NCBI GenBank assembly: GCA_012295275.1
Contig: CM022668.1
Location: 8,928,001 to 8,992,000 of the forward strand
From: Chrysomallon squamiferum
Taxonomy: Eukaryota; Animalia; Mollusca
DNA: 64,000 nt
Reading direction: 5' to 3'
The notes beneath the pieces are model-generated. The model was given only the letters and a program-made list of their open reading frames with translations, ran no database searches and was not told where the DNA came from. The translations under genes were made by a program, and so were the position numbers. This document shows, piece after piece, positions 35,213-64,000 of this stretch (its first letter is position 1; each line of letters begins with the position of its first letter).

Positions 35213-37072
35213 TATATAAGAAACGAACAAGGATCTATAGAGGGTCCCATTATTTACGTTTTATGACATCACCTTGAACACAGAAATGTTTAAAAATAAC
35301 AACAGGAAACAAAAAGGGTAATTAAAAAGAGGCTTACACACAAACTCACCAATTCACGTATGATAAAGTAACTAAGCAAAAATACATGTCAAATAACAAG
35401 TCACACACACACACACACACAGACAAACAACTAACTTAGAATTATTGAAAGACACATACACAGAAATAGCTTCCTGTTTGTCACATAAATATATTAATTT
35501 TATTTAAACGTCTGGATTCGTTAAATCCAGATTCAAAATTTTGATTTTCGTTTTTGCTACACAGCGAATGTAGTAAGTCTCGTTAACCTCACTCGTCAAC
35601 CCAACATTCGTCTCCAGTGACCGAGACTACATTTATGTTTTTAGTGATACTTTTAAAAAAAAAATTAAAAAGCAAAAAAAAACGATTTAGTTTCGTTCTT
35701 TTTAAATCTCGTTTTTCGCAAATGATTCATACGAGTAAGAGACTAAAGCATATGACATTAAACATATTAAATAACATAGAAAGAAAATATATATCACATA
35801 GCGTTTCAAATCACTATTTACAACAGAAAAAAAAAAATAATAATAATAAAAAAATAATTCTTAAAAAGTGTGGATGACAAATGAGGAATATTGTATCACA
35901 TAGGTATTTTTAAACATCATTCGTGTCTAGTGTACTGTGATTTTGGCTATTTTTCTGAGAACATATTGATATAATTATAGAATTTAATTTCCAGTAATTA
36001 GCTAAATTTCAGATTATAAAACAACATTATATAGAATTCAAAATTTGTAATAATAATAATAATAATAATAAAAAAACCGATCAGCATTATCGTAATACAA
36101 GTTTTAATGATATAAATCAAATACAATGTAGTTGTCTCCCTTACTCCAAAATAATGATAACTCAATCTGTTTAGCATTTTTACAATGACAGTACGTATTA
36201 ATAATTATGAACAAAACAGGACTGTTTCACAAACATTTATAAGGGAAAGAAACCTAGGAACTGGAAAAATTATATCAGTCAAAATGTAATGGTAAAATGG
36301 CAAAAAGTTTAAATGCCATATTTTTACAACTATTTATTTTATCTTTTTTTCATGTTCTTATACTTCTTAAATTTCATTTTATTGTTTATATCACCAAAAT
36401 AAACAAGATATATATATATATTTTTTTTTTAATATTTTTATTATAATTGTTTTTTTTTGTTTTTTGATGACACAGAACTGAAGATTATTTCCCTTATGAA
36501 CTGTTTTCTGATTGGTCCTTTCCACAAGCGTTCACTATAAATAAAAACATGCTATTTTCTACAAATTAATTTCATATAACACACCAACACGTTTCTCTGT
36601 CATTCATTCAGCAAAACACCGGTTTACACGTTGCTTGGGCGGATTCCCAGTACAGCTGGGTGGTTTTATAGATTGTAGTATTTGCAAAAAAAGTTCGCCA
36701 AAAGGCGCCACGGGGATTTTCATGGTAGCTGACCAATCACTGCTAGCTTTTGATTTCTGTGTCGTCCAATCAAGTTCATCGATACATTTCTGAACGGTTT
36801 CAAACACCAATACTGACTCATAATATATTTCATTCCTCTCTTTGTATTTTCTTTTTGTTATTTATTTATATATAATTTTTGTTGTTGTTGTTGTTGTTTT
36901 GGCATCTTGGGGATTTCACATGAATGACGTCATTGAGGAGAGATAATACTTTCAACAGTCATCCTGATTTCACCAGACAAGGGAGATAACTAGTACAGTG
37001 GAGATAATTCAGTTTTCAATCTATCAGTCGCACCAATATGATGTTTGATATTTTAGGATGGAAATTAATAAA

Positions 37073-37124
<52 letters not shown>

Positions 37125-37159
37125 TTTAATAATAATAAACTGAGAATTATATAAATGAA

Positions 37160-37202
<43 letters not shown>

Positions 37203-37653
37203 TCGTTTTGTTAGAGAAACCTTTAGATATCTTTACATTTATAATTAGTTGAGATAAAACTGTTAATATCCTACATGTATTTACGCACAGACAAAAGTAG
37301 TTTGCGATAACCTTTTGCTGGTTTAAGAATGAAGAAGTTATGCAATTATTATAGTAAAAATAATAAAAACATACCTCATGGTTTATCGAGATATACATCT
37401 ACGTTTAAATTCCATCCTATGGATATTTTGGTATGGGTCTATGCTTATATCTACACTTAAATCATACGTATAGCATCGTATTTATCTATATTTAACTTTT
37501 AATTTATGTTTTATATTTACATTGATAAAAAAACTTTTAAATTATATTTAAGTTTATCTTGATGAACTGATAGACTGACATATCACTAAAGAATAGTTTC
37601 CGATTACTTCTGGCATTTTATAACATTCTTATTCTTACAACCTGCACTAAAGA

Positions 37654-37689
<36 letters not shown>

Positions 37690-37796
37690 CCTATGAAAAC
37701 TGGAGTTGTCAAAACATGTATCTTATCTCACACAGCAAGTTTAGTAAAATTATAATACTTTTTTTTTTTTTTTTTTTTTTCTTCCTCCTGTAATTT

Positions 37797-51467
<13,671 letters not shown>

Positions 51468-52779
51468 GACGTCACACTACGTACACTAAATCACCGGGAA
51501 AAACAAAACAATCACTCGGGTTATACAACTCCCTCTACATGAAGTATAGTCAGCAGACACAAAATGGGACTATCCGTCCAATGTCTGTTCTGTTCGTCTG
51601 TCCAAACTGTCTGTACTCTACATTTGGAAAAAAAACCAAAACAAAACAAAACCAAAAAAAAAAAAAAAAAAAGAAACGTCTTGATGAATTGCAACTCCCT
51701 TCTTTTTTTCTTCTTCACCTATTTACGCCATCGTGAACTAATAAGCATCCATTTTGGTTTTAACACTAACAAACACCTCTTCATATTTTTCCCAATTTCC
51801 CCTCAGCTGTGGCCGAAGCCTGGCTTGCACTGACCGCAGAAGGCCGGACACAGCAATATCCAGAGCAGTTACGTAACAATTATTTGCAACTCAATGCTGG
51901 AACGAGGCCATTTTTCCAGCAGGGGAAAAAAAAAAAAAAAAAAAAAAAAAACTTTCTGTATTTTCATCCCAGCTGCAGTTACGTAACGCGGGATTTTTCG
52001 AGATTTCGGTTTTAAACGTTTTAATTTCGTTTTATTTCTGTGAAACCTCATGCTTCCTTTTTTTTTGTAACTGTTACTCTTCGGTTGTGTGGTCAAATTT
52101 TGATTTATCATTGATCTGATTGCAAACTGTATTATTTTGAACCTTTCACCCCCTGGACGCGAAATAAAATATTCGAAGGCAAAGTTCATGGCGTCACTTG
52201 GAAAAGTCGTTCCCCAGGGTAAAGTTTAAAACTGAATTCTGTTTTGTATGCAATACTTAGTATCGTTATAATTGTTTATATTTAAGAATAAGTGACAGTT
52301 TTTTTTTTTTTTTAACTGAAACCAAAATCATTACCTGAAATTGCATTCAACGTACAAAAAGGACAAAATTAAAATAATTAAACCAGTCTGCTTGCTCCCC
52401 CCACCCACCCTTTTACTGAAACGTGGAATCGTCCGCATGAGGACATGGAAGGACAAGTCATATTTAATTTATGCTGGAATTATTTAGATCTATGACCCTT
52501 GAGGTCACTGGGGGCGTGTCTTCGGCTGGCTGTGCAGAGCAGCGGAGGAATTACCTACTATTACGTAACGAGCATTATTCAGATTACGTCACAATATGAT
52601 TGGACTGCCCGTGCTAACTGACACTAAGAATAGCAGGTTTGAACCACCAGGCAAGGTCAGCTCTAATGTTGTGTGTTCTGTCGCCGCTGGCGCAAGTTGT
52701 TGAGTAATAATGTAGCAGAAAAACATGGCCGGGATGAGCTTACCCAAAAATTCAGTTTAGCCGGTCACGTGACAATGTC

Positions 52780-52817
<38 letters not shown>

Positions 52818-53181
52818 GGTCATTGCTCCGTAAAAATTATAATATTCACTCATTGTATTCCGTAACTAACGCTTACTAATTACTTATATTTGTAATATTG
52901 TTATAATTATCATCACCGTTATCATCATCATCATTACAATCATCATGATGATCATCATTGCTGTTTTACATTTTGTACTGAATTGTTATATTGTTTTGTG
53001 ATTACTACTACACCGTCACGACCACTACAAATATCACTTATTAACAACTACTACTACTACTACTGCTGCTACTATTGCCTTCATCATCACCCTCAACATC
53101 ACCACAACTACTGTCATAATTACTATTGCTGTAGCTACTAATACAACTACAACTACTTCAGTAACTATTATTACTTGTATC

Positions 53182-53241
<60 letters not shown>

Positions 53242-53964
53242 GAAGAAGAAAAAAAAAGAAAAAGATGAAAAAAGTATACCAAAACCGAAAAGCAAATATA
53301 AAATAAAAAGGATAAACATACATATTATTATTACTATTACTAAAACTCCTACTACTACATTTTATTATATTATTACTACTACTACATTTTACAATCATCA
53401 TCATCATTTTTATTTACTATCCAAGTATTGTTTAAATTTTACTATGTCTGTGGCTATCAAGTAGTTGTTTCATTTATTGCAATATATTTATTCAGCCTTG
53501 TGGTATATTTCGCGCTGTGGTATAGGCATGCAAACAAAGACTTTCATGGAAAACACAGTGTTGTGAATATTCGCGAAAATTCCTTTACAGAATTAACTAA
53601 ACATCTGACATCTAATAACTACATAATCACCACGGGGAGTTGTTGTCCATTAACAACGCAATTACGTTAAGAAAATAATGTTAGCAAATTCCAACCAAAA
53701 ATTATTTTTACACAGATGCGCTTGTTTTTATTTTTGTTATGTGAAATCCATGAAGGTGAGGTTAGTTAATAAATTGTCAGCAGTCTGTCCTGTCCAGTAA
53801 AGTATTTAAAACTTGAATTCGGTTGAGATTACAATTTGAAAAAAAACATACAACTCTGCGCCTGCTCTTTGAGAATAACCTCTGACCTGGAGTCCGAGCC
53901 CTATGACCTTTGAATCAATTCCATTTCCACTGGATTCTTTTGCACACGTTGCCCATTTGAATAG

Positions 53965-53983
53965 GGGTCAAACAGGGTGACCC
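53965..53983 (+). promoter_or_regulatory. Candidate DR4 thyroid response element ~2.5 kb upstream of the TR ATG
   Basis: GGGTCA-aaca-GGGTGA with overlapping TGACCC; further TGACCT sites at about 53883 and 53904. Confidence 0.45.
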
Positions 53984-54183
53984 TTCCTTAGAATAAAACT
54001 TCACCCGAAACTCGTTCTGTGTGAGGAGAGTACGGCCAGCCAAGGAGTGTCATTGTCCGGACTCCCAATTATAAAGCTGGACATTTCGAGTGACCAGTGC
54101 CCGGGTGTAATCCAAGAGGGCAGTAAACATTGGGCCGGCCATCTTGTTGAAATAAACTGTCTTGCCATAGCACCAACGCGGTT

Positions 54184-54244
<61 letters not shown>

Positions 54245-54539
54245 GTCTCTCCTCTCCTCTCCCTCTCTCCCTCCCCTCTCCCTCTCCCTCTTCGTCCGTC
54301 AGTTTATCTTGTTGAAATAAAATGTCCTGCCATTCTCTTGGTGTCTCTCTCTCTCCTTCTCTCTCTCTCTCTCTCTCCATACATAATAATATATATATAA
54401 TATATCTCTGTGGGTCCCTCAGTCTCACATCTTCACACACACACATCTCTGCACCTTTCACATACATAATAATATATATATAAATATATCTGTGTGGGTG
54501 CACACACATACATACATACACATACATATACATACATAC

Positions 54540-54651
<112 letters not shown>

Positions 54652-55682
54652 CCACTAATGGAACAGGATCTTAAATAAACAAAAATAAATATACAGATAC
54701 GATATTAACAGACCATTAAACATGAAACAATGTGTCAAAGAAATAGAAGCAGTATGTAGAGGTACGCTGTGTCTAGTGGGACGAGGGGTGTGCAGGGGTG
54801 TGGTTATCTTTAGTAGGGAGGTGTAATTTATTTAAAAGTCTAGAATGTTATCAAAGCAATTCTGGAGAATCCGTTTTTCAAAAGAAGTAGATTTTGCTAA
54901 ATATTATTTCTGACTTAAATTCTAAATTTGGTTTAATTTCTCTTTTCTTCTTCCTTCTTCATTCTTCATCTTTTTAGTCTCCTCATTTTCAACGTTCTTT
55001 TTCTTTTTCTTTCTTCTTCTTTGCGTCGTCTTCTTAAACAACGCTCTCAGAATTATCTGAATGTCATAATGCACGGATAAAATTAACACTTTAATTCTGA
55101 AATGATTTCTTGTTTGAGCAGCGAAGCCAATTTTATACTCGACTGCTGAACAAACATCAACCCTTTTTCGGCGTTACGTAATATTTTAGCTCGCCGGGGA
55201 AAACATGTGTCTCTCTCCCGGCACATAAAACGACACTGGCCCTTGTACACGTCCGAGTTCTGTTTACACAGCGAGGTCCGGTGTTTATAATCTGAAGCCT
55301 GCGACCCGAGAGGTCAAGAAAATTCTTTGCTTTTGCCTTAGGCCTGTAACGCTCCGTTCCGTTTGTAGTGCTCGCATATTGTAGGAACGTGATGCTCCGA
55401 ACCTTTAGGGGGGAAAATACGAAAAGAATAGGGTGCAAGGTCACAGAGAGAGAATACATGAAATGGGCAGACGATTGTCCTGATTTCGATTACTCAATAT
55501 ATTCGTGCTTAAAACCGAAATAAAGATGTCTGTGGTGACCTGTTGGTATGTTTACATTTCAGAACCAACACTAAGCTAAACACTTCACTGCCATTTAAAC
55601 TTTGTTAAAAGTTTTTTGGGTTTTTTTTTTAAATTTAATTTCATAAATTATTTTATTCTTATTCTTATTCTTATTCTTATTC

Positions 55683-55722
<40 letters not shown>

Positions 55723-55811
55723 GATATTTATTATTATTATTTTTATGTTTATTCGTTTAATTTATTTTCCTTTATTTTATTTTATTTATTTATTGATTGA
55801 TTTATTTATTG

Positions 55812-55845
<34 letters not shown>

Positions 55846-58747
55846 CATTAATTCAATAATTTAATTTCATTATTTAAAAAGAAAACAAAATAAACCGTAG
55901 AAACAGCAAAATTATATCCTGATTTACTAGAAAAGTAAAGAAGAGAAAGAAAATAAATTTAAAAAAAAAGAAGAAGAAGAAGAAAAAGTTCATCCAGTTC
56001 ATATTAAATAGTATTTGTCCACTGCTCTGCTAAAAGCAACAGGAGCGACTGCAGAAGAAATTCTTAAAATCGTAATATCAGCGCATAATTCATTGTTCTG
56101 TGTTGCAAATATTTATGTGTATCTTTCGATTTTAGTTGTGTCTGCTTCATATATTTATAAAGATAGATGTTTACACCGGTTCCAGGACAATTTCCCACTT
56201 GGACAATTCCCATTCTATAATTCTTTTTTTTTTTTTTTTTTTTTTGGTCTCCTCTGGATCTCTCTAGTCATTTTGTGTCTAACGTTGTTTCTGCTTTAAC
56301 TTGTGTCCGTGAGTTCTTCTCATTTAATTTAAACAAATGTTACAACAGACTGCATTACGAAGCAGTTTAACGAAATTAAAAAGTCAAAATAAAAAGGGCA
56401 TTAGTTCTTCCGAGCTCGACAGAGATTACTTGAAACAAATCAGCTTATTACGCAACGCACATCTGCGGATGTCAGAAGCGTTCGTGAGTCTGGGAGGATA
56501 ACAACACAAAGAAGAAAAATAATGGCGGCGATTGTACTGTATGGGAAAGTGGGGGATCTCGACTGGTTTGCGCCTGGAGGGGATGTCGAGATGACAAATA
56601 ATTGCTAGTATTGAAACTGTAACACTGTCGCTTTCCAGTTGCCAGTGGCAACAAGGTGCGGGAGGTTCCCTTAACAAGCTTAATCTGTCGACTGATTCCT
56701 GACTCCAAACTACAACCAGATGTACGAAGTCGTTTGAGATCGAAAAATAGAAAAATAAAATATAAATAAATAAATAAATAAATGAATGAATATCCCTCCA
56801 AAAAATAAAGAAAATAAATGAATAAATCAATCCCAAAAAATAAATAAATAAATAAACATCCCCAAAAAAAAAAAAAAAAAACCAAATAAGTAAATAAATA
56901 AAGACATATGCATTCAGATGGTGAAAAAGGCAGAATAACAATATATTGAACTAGATGTATATATACAGTCATATAGACAGAAAGATAGACATATAGATAG
57001 AGACAGACAGACAGACACACACACAAATAAAGATGTAAACAATCAGACAAGCAGGTATATCAGTTGATGGATAGAGAGAACATCAGAAATATAAATACGC
57101 TTGCGAACAGACACACAAATGCGTGCAATATATTATCATGTGCGTACGCCACGCACGCAAACATACTTCTGCATCACGCAAGAGACAAAACTTGATTTAC
57201 TTACTGTTACTAAATATCTCGATTTAAACTGATTCTCCTTTTGTCTTAGCACAGAACTCTCCCAAATCCAGCTCAGTTTTAACACCTGTGAAAAAAAATA
57301 TTCATTTCCCTGATCCCTCTCAGGTGTGATTTCATTTACCTGTACGCTTTTTTTTTTTTTTCACCTTTTAATATGACATTTTATTATCTACGTAAGAGAG
57401 ATGAAGACTAATCCTGGATGAGCGATCAGATATCGATCTGGACCTAATCTACCTGAATCAGCTAAGTTTGTCATTAACGCATTCATTTGCACTTTTTCTT
57501 TACTCTTTTTTTAATATTATAATTTTTTTTATATTTAATATCGGGAAACGTCAGGAAAAAAATCGAAGAAGGAAAAAAGACACAGACAAAGAAGTAGTCG
57601 CTAGCATTTTTCACTGGCTCAGAAGTATAAATGCAAATAAGTATTTTATACATACTAGTCTGTAACTATAATGAACCGCAGTATAGATGTAAATAGTAAT
57701 ACATACAAACTCACATTGCTGTTCAGTATGTGCAAGTGTAAACTACATTCATACATACATACATACATACATACATACATACATACATACATACATACAT
57801 ACATACATACATACATACATACATGCATGCATACATACAAACACATATATAATGCATACAGACATACATACAAACATACACACACACACACGTATTGGTT
57901 TCTTTATTCATCGATTCATCTGTCTATATGTCTGTCATTCTGTCTTAACGGCTCTATTTCTATCTAGTTCAGTATATCGTTGTATACACACACATACATA
58001 TACAGTTATACACATACAAGCATAAACCTTAAATATGCTCGAACTTAGATCATACGTTTTCACTAACAAACAAACACACACGCACACACGTAGAAATTAT
58101 GGTAATTATAATCAATATAACTGCACATTACTGAGTTTATTAAGATAATAAATTACCATGGAAACGTAGTGACTAAGTAACACAGTAAGATACAAAAATA
58201 GTTTACGACTACTAAATCTCAGTATTACGGAAGGAATAATGAGGTGATACAAATAGCAAACAATGTGTTTAATACAGATATCTAATTATTATTATCATAA
58301 AATAAGAGCCCTTTTCGTTCTGTTCTTCATTTTATTTATTGTATTAATTTATTTTATTTTACTTATTTATTCATTCATTCATTTATTTATTTCTGACTTT
58401 TTTTTTAGATTTTTTTTTACTTTTATATAACTTTTAAAAAATAGAACGATAATTTATATTTAAACCTAGCGGTCGATGACCTTCGAATAAACAAAACTTA
58501 ATCAGCTCTGAGCTAATCTTGAGCTACGTCATCCTTATGTTGCAATGTAGATAATCTATCGGAGGAAATCACGTGATATTTCACATGTAATCACAAAATT
58601 GTATGTCACTGAAAATATCATTTTATATATTATTTATTTTTTACAGTGTTATTCTTTCCTGTTTATTGTAAAGTCTATAAATTTAACCCTTGGAAATGTT
58701 GTAGTAGGTGGCCTGTTTAAATATTTATTTATTTATTTAATATAAAT

Positions 58748-58833
<86 letters not shown>

Positions 58834-59618
58834 ATTTGTGACAAATAATGATTGTCGTTAATTAGACTCTAAGCAGCGCAACTATCTAAACATCGGGTAG
58901 CTGATCGCGATCTCAGAACTTCAAACCCTTCAGGCTTGTGGATGAATGAGAACGCGATATTGTGATAATAATTGTATTTAAAAAAAGATTTCGTGTTCCT
59001 GGGAAATAACATTTGCGTGTTACTGATAGTCCTATGAGTTGTGACGTAATTACCGAATGACGTGGGCGCCTACGTGATTGCACTTAGGCGCTTCTCGAAA
59101 TACGCATTGTTTTAGAATGACAGGTCTGTGTACGTATTTACAACTGGTCAGAGCAAACTAAAAATACTTGACCTCCGAATCATTACGTCATTTATATTAG
59201 CCAATCACGTTCAGCCGTTTCTTTATGGTAACCAGTGATAATTAAGAATTTATTATTTATTTATTTTATTTTATTTATTTTTTAGTATTATTATTATTAT
59301 TTTTGTTATTTTATTTTTGCTGTTATGTTTATTTTAATATTAATTGTTATTCATTTAGTTATTTTCTTACTTACCTGCTCATTTACCTTCAGTTAACTTA
59401 CCTATTTATTTATATGCATTGTTTAAATAATGTCATATCCATAAAACAGTAACGTGTCATTTAAAACAAAAATGTTAGATCTTGGTAAAAGAAGGTGTTA
59501 CATATTTATCAGAAACATTAATATTGCATTCTGTGCATATTCAATTTATTATTATCATCATCATCATCATCATCTGTGTCATCGTTATCTTCATCCTTAT
59601 AATTCTTCTTCTTCGTTA

Positions 59619-59682
<64 letters not shown>

Positions 59683-61359
59683 GTTATCGATCGCACGCTA
59701 ATTTCTTTCAAAGTTTAAAAATTATTTCATGGTGTGGTCTAATAAACATCAAATCAATCAAATGTTCCAAGTTTATATCGCGCGTACATAGCAACCATAC
59801 GTACTGGCGCCACTCTAACATGATGTATGTACGTACGTCATTCAATTGTGATGACGTAATTCTATTCTTGCCAACAGGATTTTATTTCAGCATGAAACAA
59901 AACAAACGTCAAATCAAACAGAATAATTTATGTAAGTAATTCGAAAGTTTACATTATTATTGTTGCTTTTAAAACTGCATTAATGCTCATAAAATGATAA
60001 GCCATTAAAAAGCTAAAATTCATTCTCTCAATCTCTCTGTTTGTTTTTTTAATTATTTTTTTTTTTTTTTTTTTTTTTTTTTTCTCTCTTTCTCATTCCC
60101 AGACTTCAAGTATCCCTTCCATTTGTTCAGTATCGTGTCACAGTAACTTTATACCCAGCACTGCTGACAAGACGCACGCGCGTTTGATGTCTCATTCCAC
60201 GTCTGCTTCCAGTCTCTGTAAACCTCTGCACGTGCGCGTCTATTGTGGTGCAATGTGTGCGATAGCGAAATCGACATGTTTACTTAAGTTTGTCACGACA
60301 GACGACCTGTCAGGTCGGGGAGAGCAGACGTCTGAAATTAACATAACAGACAAGATTCGCGTCTGTCATAATTTAGTTCTTGTTGATACAGTCAATTATT
60401 TTCATGTTTTATATTCAGCTCCGGAAAGAATTTTTTTTTTTTACTATTGTACTTTCTTTCTGTCTTTTCTTCTTCTTTTTATTGTTATTATTTTCTTCCT
60501 GTCTTTCGTTTTTGCTTTCTTTCTTTTTTTTTTTTTTTTTTTTTTTAATTTCTTTTTTTTTCTTCTTCTTCTTCTTTAATTTCTTTTTTATTACGATTGT
60601 TTTGGAGTTTCATGTTTTTACACATATTTATTCTTATTTCCGTTTATTTTAAATGTTTTATTTATCTTATTTTTAATTTGTTCACTGAAGAATGACAACA
60701 AACTAAAAGCGGCATTTTATCATTTTCTAATCTCTATTTATTTAGTAATTTCACATTATTTATTTATGTAATACTTTTTTTTAAATTTTTGCTGCTGTTT
60801 TTTCTTCTTCTTCTTCTTTTCATTTTTATATTTATTTATTTGTTTTGTTTTGTTTGGTTATAATAACAATAATTAATGATAATAAATTCAGTTTATCTTC
60901 GTTCAGTTCCTTTGTATTTAAAAATAATCTCGACATTCTCTTCACAACTTGCTAAATTTTAATTTTACTTTTTATTTTATTTTATTTTATTGTACTTCTT
61001 ATTTTTCTTATATTATACTATCGTATTGCATAGTAAATTTTATTAGATTTCATTTTTATAATCTTTTGTTATTTTCATTTCATTTTTTTTTTTCTTTTCT
61101 TTTCTGTTCTGTTCTATTCTATTCATTTCGTTTCATTATTATTTTATTTTAATTATATTTTAATTTATATTACTATATTCTATTCTATTCTATTCTATTC
61201 TTTTTTATTTTATTGATTACGCTATTTATTATACTTTAACTCAGACTGATCTAGCCAGTCAAACAACAGACGAAGAAAAATTCAATTCTCACAATCAAAT
61301 ATTAAATTATATCATATCCTTTTATTGACAAACGCGTTATCTAAACCGCGAGATTTCAA

Positions 61360-62780
61360 TGGGTTCACCGCGCGTGGAATTCTTTTGTCCGCCGAGTCTC
61401 GTTTCATGGCAGAACTCTTCAGAAAAAGAGGCTGATTCTGTTCACACAGGAGAGCCAATCATGTAGCGCAGAACAAAATTGCATAACGTGTTACGCGCGC
61501 GCCAGGGAACTCTCTCTCTCTTCTGCTGACCGTAATCTAACAAAGCCAATCTAATCGGACCAAGTGCGCGTGCATTCAGTATGTTACAGGGTACGGGGGA
61601 TTGTGTAGTCGGGGTAAATCACCAAACACCTGTCATCCTCTGACCTGGAGGAACCTTCGAAATTCTAGATTTTTCGATTACAATGGTATCTAAACAGACG
61701 CTTCCGGTTGTCTTATGAAATACTTTGTTTTCGTTTGTATTTTTCCACCTTTGCGGTTCTCTGCGAAAATAACCCAGACACAATCGGGTGCCTGAAAGTG
61801 AAATTTACGTTTAATGAATGACGAGTCCTGTTGTGAAAATAAATGTGTTTTAATAATTAAATAACTAAACACAACAAATATGCAAGTAACAGTATGAAAG
61901 ATATAATGTAATAACATTTCGTGGCAATATTTCTTCTTTTTCTTCTTCTTCTTCTTCCTCCTCTTCTTACTATTATTGTCATCATTTATTTATTTGTTCA
62001 TTTATTCATTTATTTATTTATTTTGGTTCACATTCTTTCAGTCTATTACGATGATGATAAAGACGACACTGTCTCTCTAAAGAATATTCATATTAGTCAG
62101 CAGATTAAAAGAACAAAACAACAATACAGGATAGCACATACCAATGTTTTTCACATACAACTCACAAAGCACTGACCAAAAATAATCTAACGGGCACATA
62201 GGAGGACTTGTCCTTCTCCAATTAAAGTTCATTTTGAGTTACAGCGTTATAGTCTATTAAAGTACATCTGTCTGTATGTATGTATCCGTATATTTCTGTA
62301 TATATATATATATATATGAATATATGAATATATGTCTATATGTATGTATGTATAAACGTATGCATTTATGTATGAATATACATGTGCATGCATGTACGAC
62401 TATGTGTGTATATCTACATGTATATAGGCATCCATCCATCCATCCGTCCGTCCGTCTGATTTGAATAATATAAAATCACCCCTAGCAACGCAGAGCTGGA
62501 AGATGTGAAGTACGTGAGGTAAGGGCGGGGTCACGGGGCGGACACGATTCACTGCCACAGTTCGTGAACCGCGCGGTGAAATCTGCACAGCGCGTGTAAA
62601 AACACGTCTTCAAACACTGGCTCATAAGTGATTCCAAAAAAAAGAAGAAGAAGAAGAAGAAAAAGAAAAAAAAAGAAAGAAAGAAGAAAATAAAGAAAGA
62701 AAGAAGAACCAAGAGCGGTTATCGCGATCTCTTTCGTTATAATTCGGCCATCTTGTTCTCACTATACACAGCTGAACTTG
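61360..62780. promoter_or_regulatory. CpG-enriched promoter-like patches (possible distal TR promoter, or promoter of a neighbouring gene)
   Basis: Two AGCCAATC boxes (about 61454 and 61543), GC boxes GGGCGGGG/GGGGCGG (about 62523-62541), YY1-like CGGCCATCTT (about 62745), and many CpGs in an AT-rich background. Confidence 0.35.
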
Positions 62781-62916
62781 TTCTCGTAATGAAATTACGT
62801 CATCATGTTCACTCTATTCGATTTCGACAAATCGTTCCTAAACTTTTAACGGTTTTTGTTGTTCTTTTCTCCCATTTTATTTTTACTTTTATTTGTTTAT
62901 TTATTTATTTATAGGG

Positions 62917-62967
<51 letters not shown>

Positions 62968-63004
62968 ATTATTTATATTCCCAGCATCCTCATTTAGACA
63001 AGTT

Positions 63005-63035
<31 letters not shown>

Positions 63036-63283
63036 ATCAAACGAAAAAAAACTCAAGGAAAATAAAAACTGTGGTTTGAGACCAAAGTAATCATGTCCCG
63101 TCGACTGGTTTATTGCCTTCATTTAGCGCTACACGTTTAGACATAACAGTATGCTTCATTATCAAGCTATAGTCCGCGTAACATCTTATGCAATACTTGT
63201 TACTGACTGGTTTCCAGTTGGCATTCGTCCAGCTTTCCTATCTCGGTGGCGTATTTTTTTTTTTTATTACGCTTGTACCCGTC

Positions 63284-63317
63284 GGGTCAAACACGCTGGG
63301 TCACGGTGACCTGGTCA
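63284..63317. promoter_or_regulatory. Composite nuclear-receptor half-site cluster (DR8 + IR3)
   Basis: GGGTCA-aacacgct-GGGTCA-cgg-TGACCT-GGTCA. Confidence 0.45.
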
Positions 63318-64000
63318 GTGTATGGTCATTTTCCTCTGCGTAGACAAATTATGTTCTGTTTCACGTTGTTGTTGTTTTTTTGTTGCCATGGCTTCAGATC
63401 AACATTTCAGTGTAAAGAGTTATTGATATTCTTTTGTTTTAATAATAAGAAGAAAGCAACAAAACAATTTTGGTTATTAAATTTTTTTTTTTTTTTTTTT
63501 TCTTTTTTTTTTCACTTTTTTTATATTAATGTTTAATTTCTATAAAACTAATAAATAAAGAATATGGCAGTTGTAGTTGTAGTAGCAGTGGTAGTAGTAG
63601 TAGTATTAATTAATTAATTAATTAATAGTCAAATACAATCGATGGAGAGACTAATAGGATAGGGGTCATTTTCTAAACGACGAATTTGTTTTTTTATTTA
63701 TTTATTTATTTTATTTTATTTTATTTTATTTTATTTTTTTGTCTCCTTTTCAGTATTTTTTTCTTTCTTGAATCTATTAATGTTTTATTACACTATTTTT
63801 TAACCTGTTTTTTATTTTATTATTTTCTTTCAATACGTCTAAAACAAGAGATTATATTGATATTGTAACATAGCCTCAAATAAAACAAAATACGAAATGT
63901 ATTCTGTGAATGATAATTTATATATATATATATATATATTTCTTATTTGTTAATGATATTAATTATTTTAATTCACTTTATATATGTTACATATATAAAT

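Overview
Very AT-rich, microsatellite-laden animal genomic DNA, most likely a gastropod mollusc (inferred from the thyroid hormone receptor sequence, the lectin/Ig types and MetaSINE-like repeats). Most listed ORFs are translated microsatellites. Splicing the sequence by hand gives six genes. (1) The 3' end of an EGF-TM membrane protein gene (+, 101-911). (2,3) A head-to-head pair of paralogous two-Ig-domain type I receptors (-, 8297-4331; +, from 9151). The + gene has two alternative transmembrane+tail cassettes, one carrying a canonical ITIM (VQYSTV) and one without. (4,5) Two tandem secreted PAN/apple-EGF-fibrinogen (FReD) genes (-, 24584-17879 and 30797-28017). (6) A complete 7-coding-exon thyroid hormone receptor (NR1A; -, 51467-37797), surrounded by many nuclear-receptor half-sites and PAR-bZIP boxes. 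There are also Tigger/pogo and hAT MITEs, SINEs and minisatellites. The best candidate for an undescribed system is the immune cluster: Ig receptors with FREP-like V domains and a splice-switchable inhibitory tail, next to Ig-less FReD lectins that show a gene-conversion-like tract. Two single-base frameshifts may be assembly errors. All family assignments are from memory of motifs; no searches were run.
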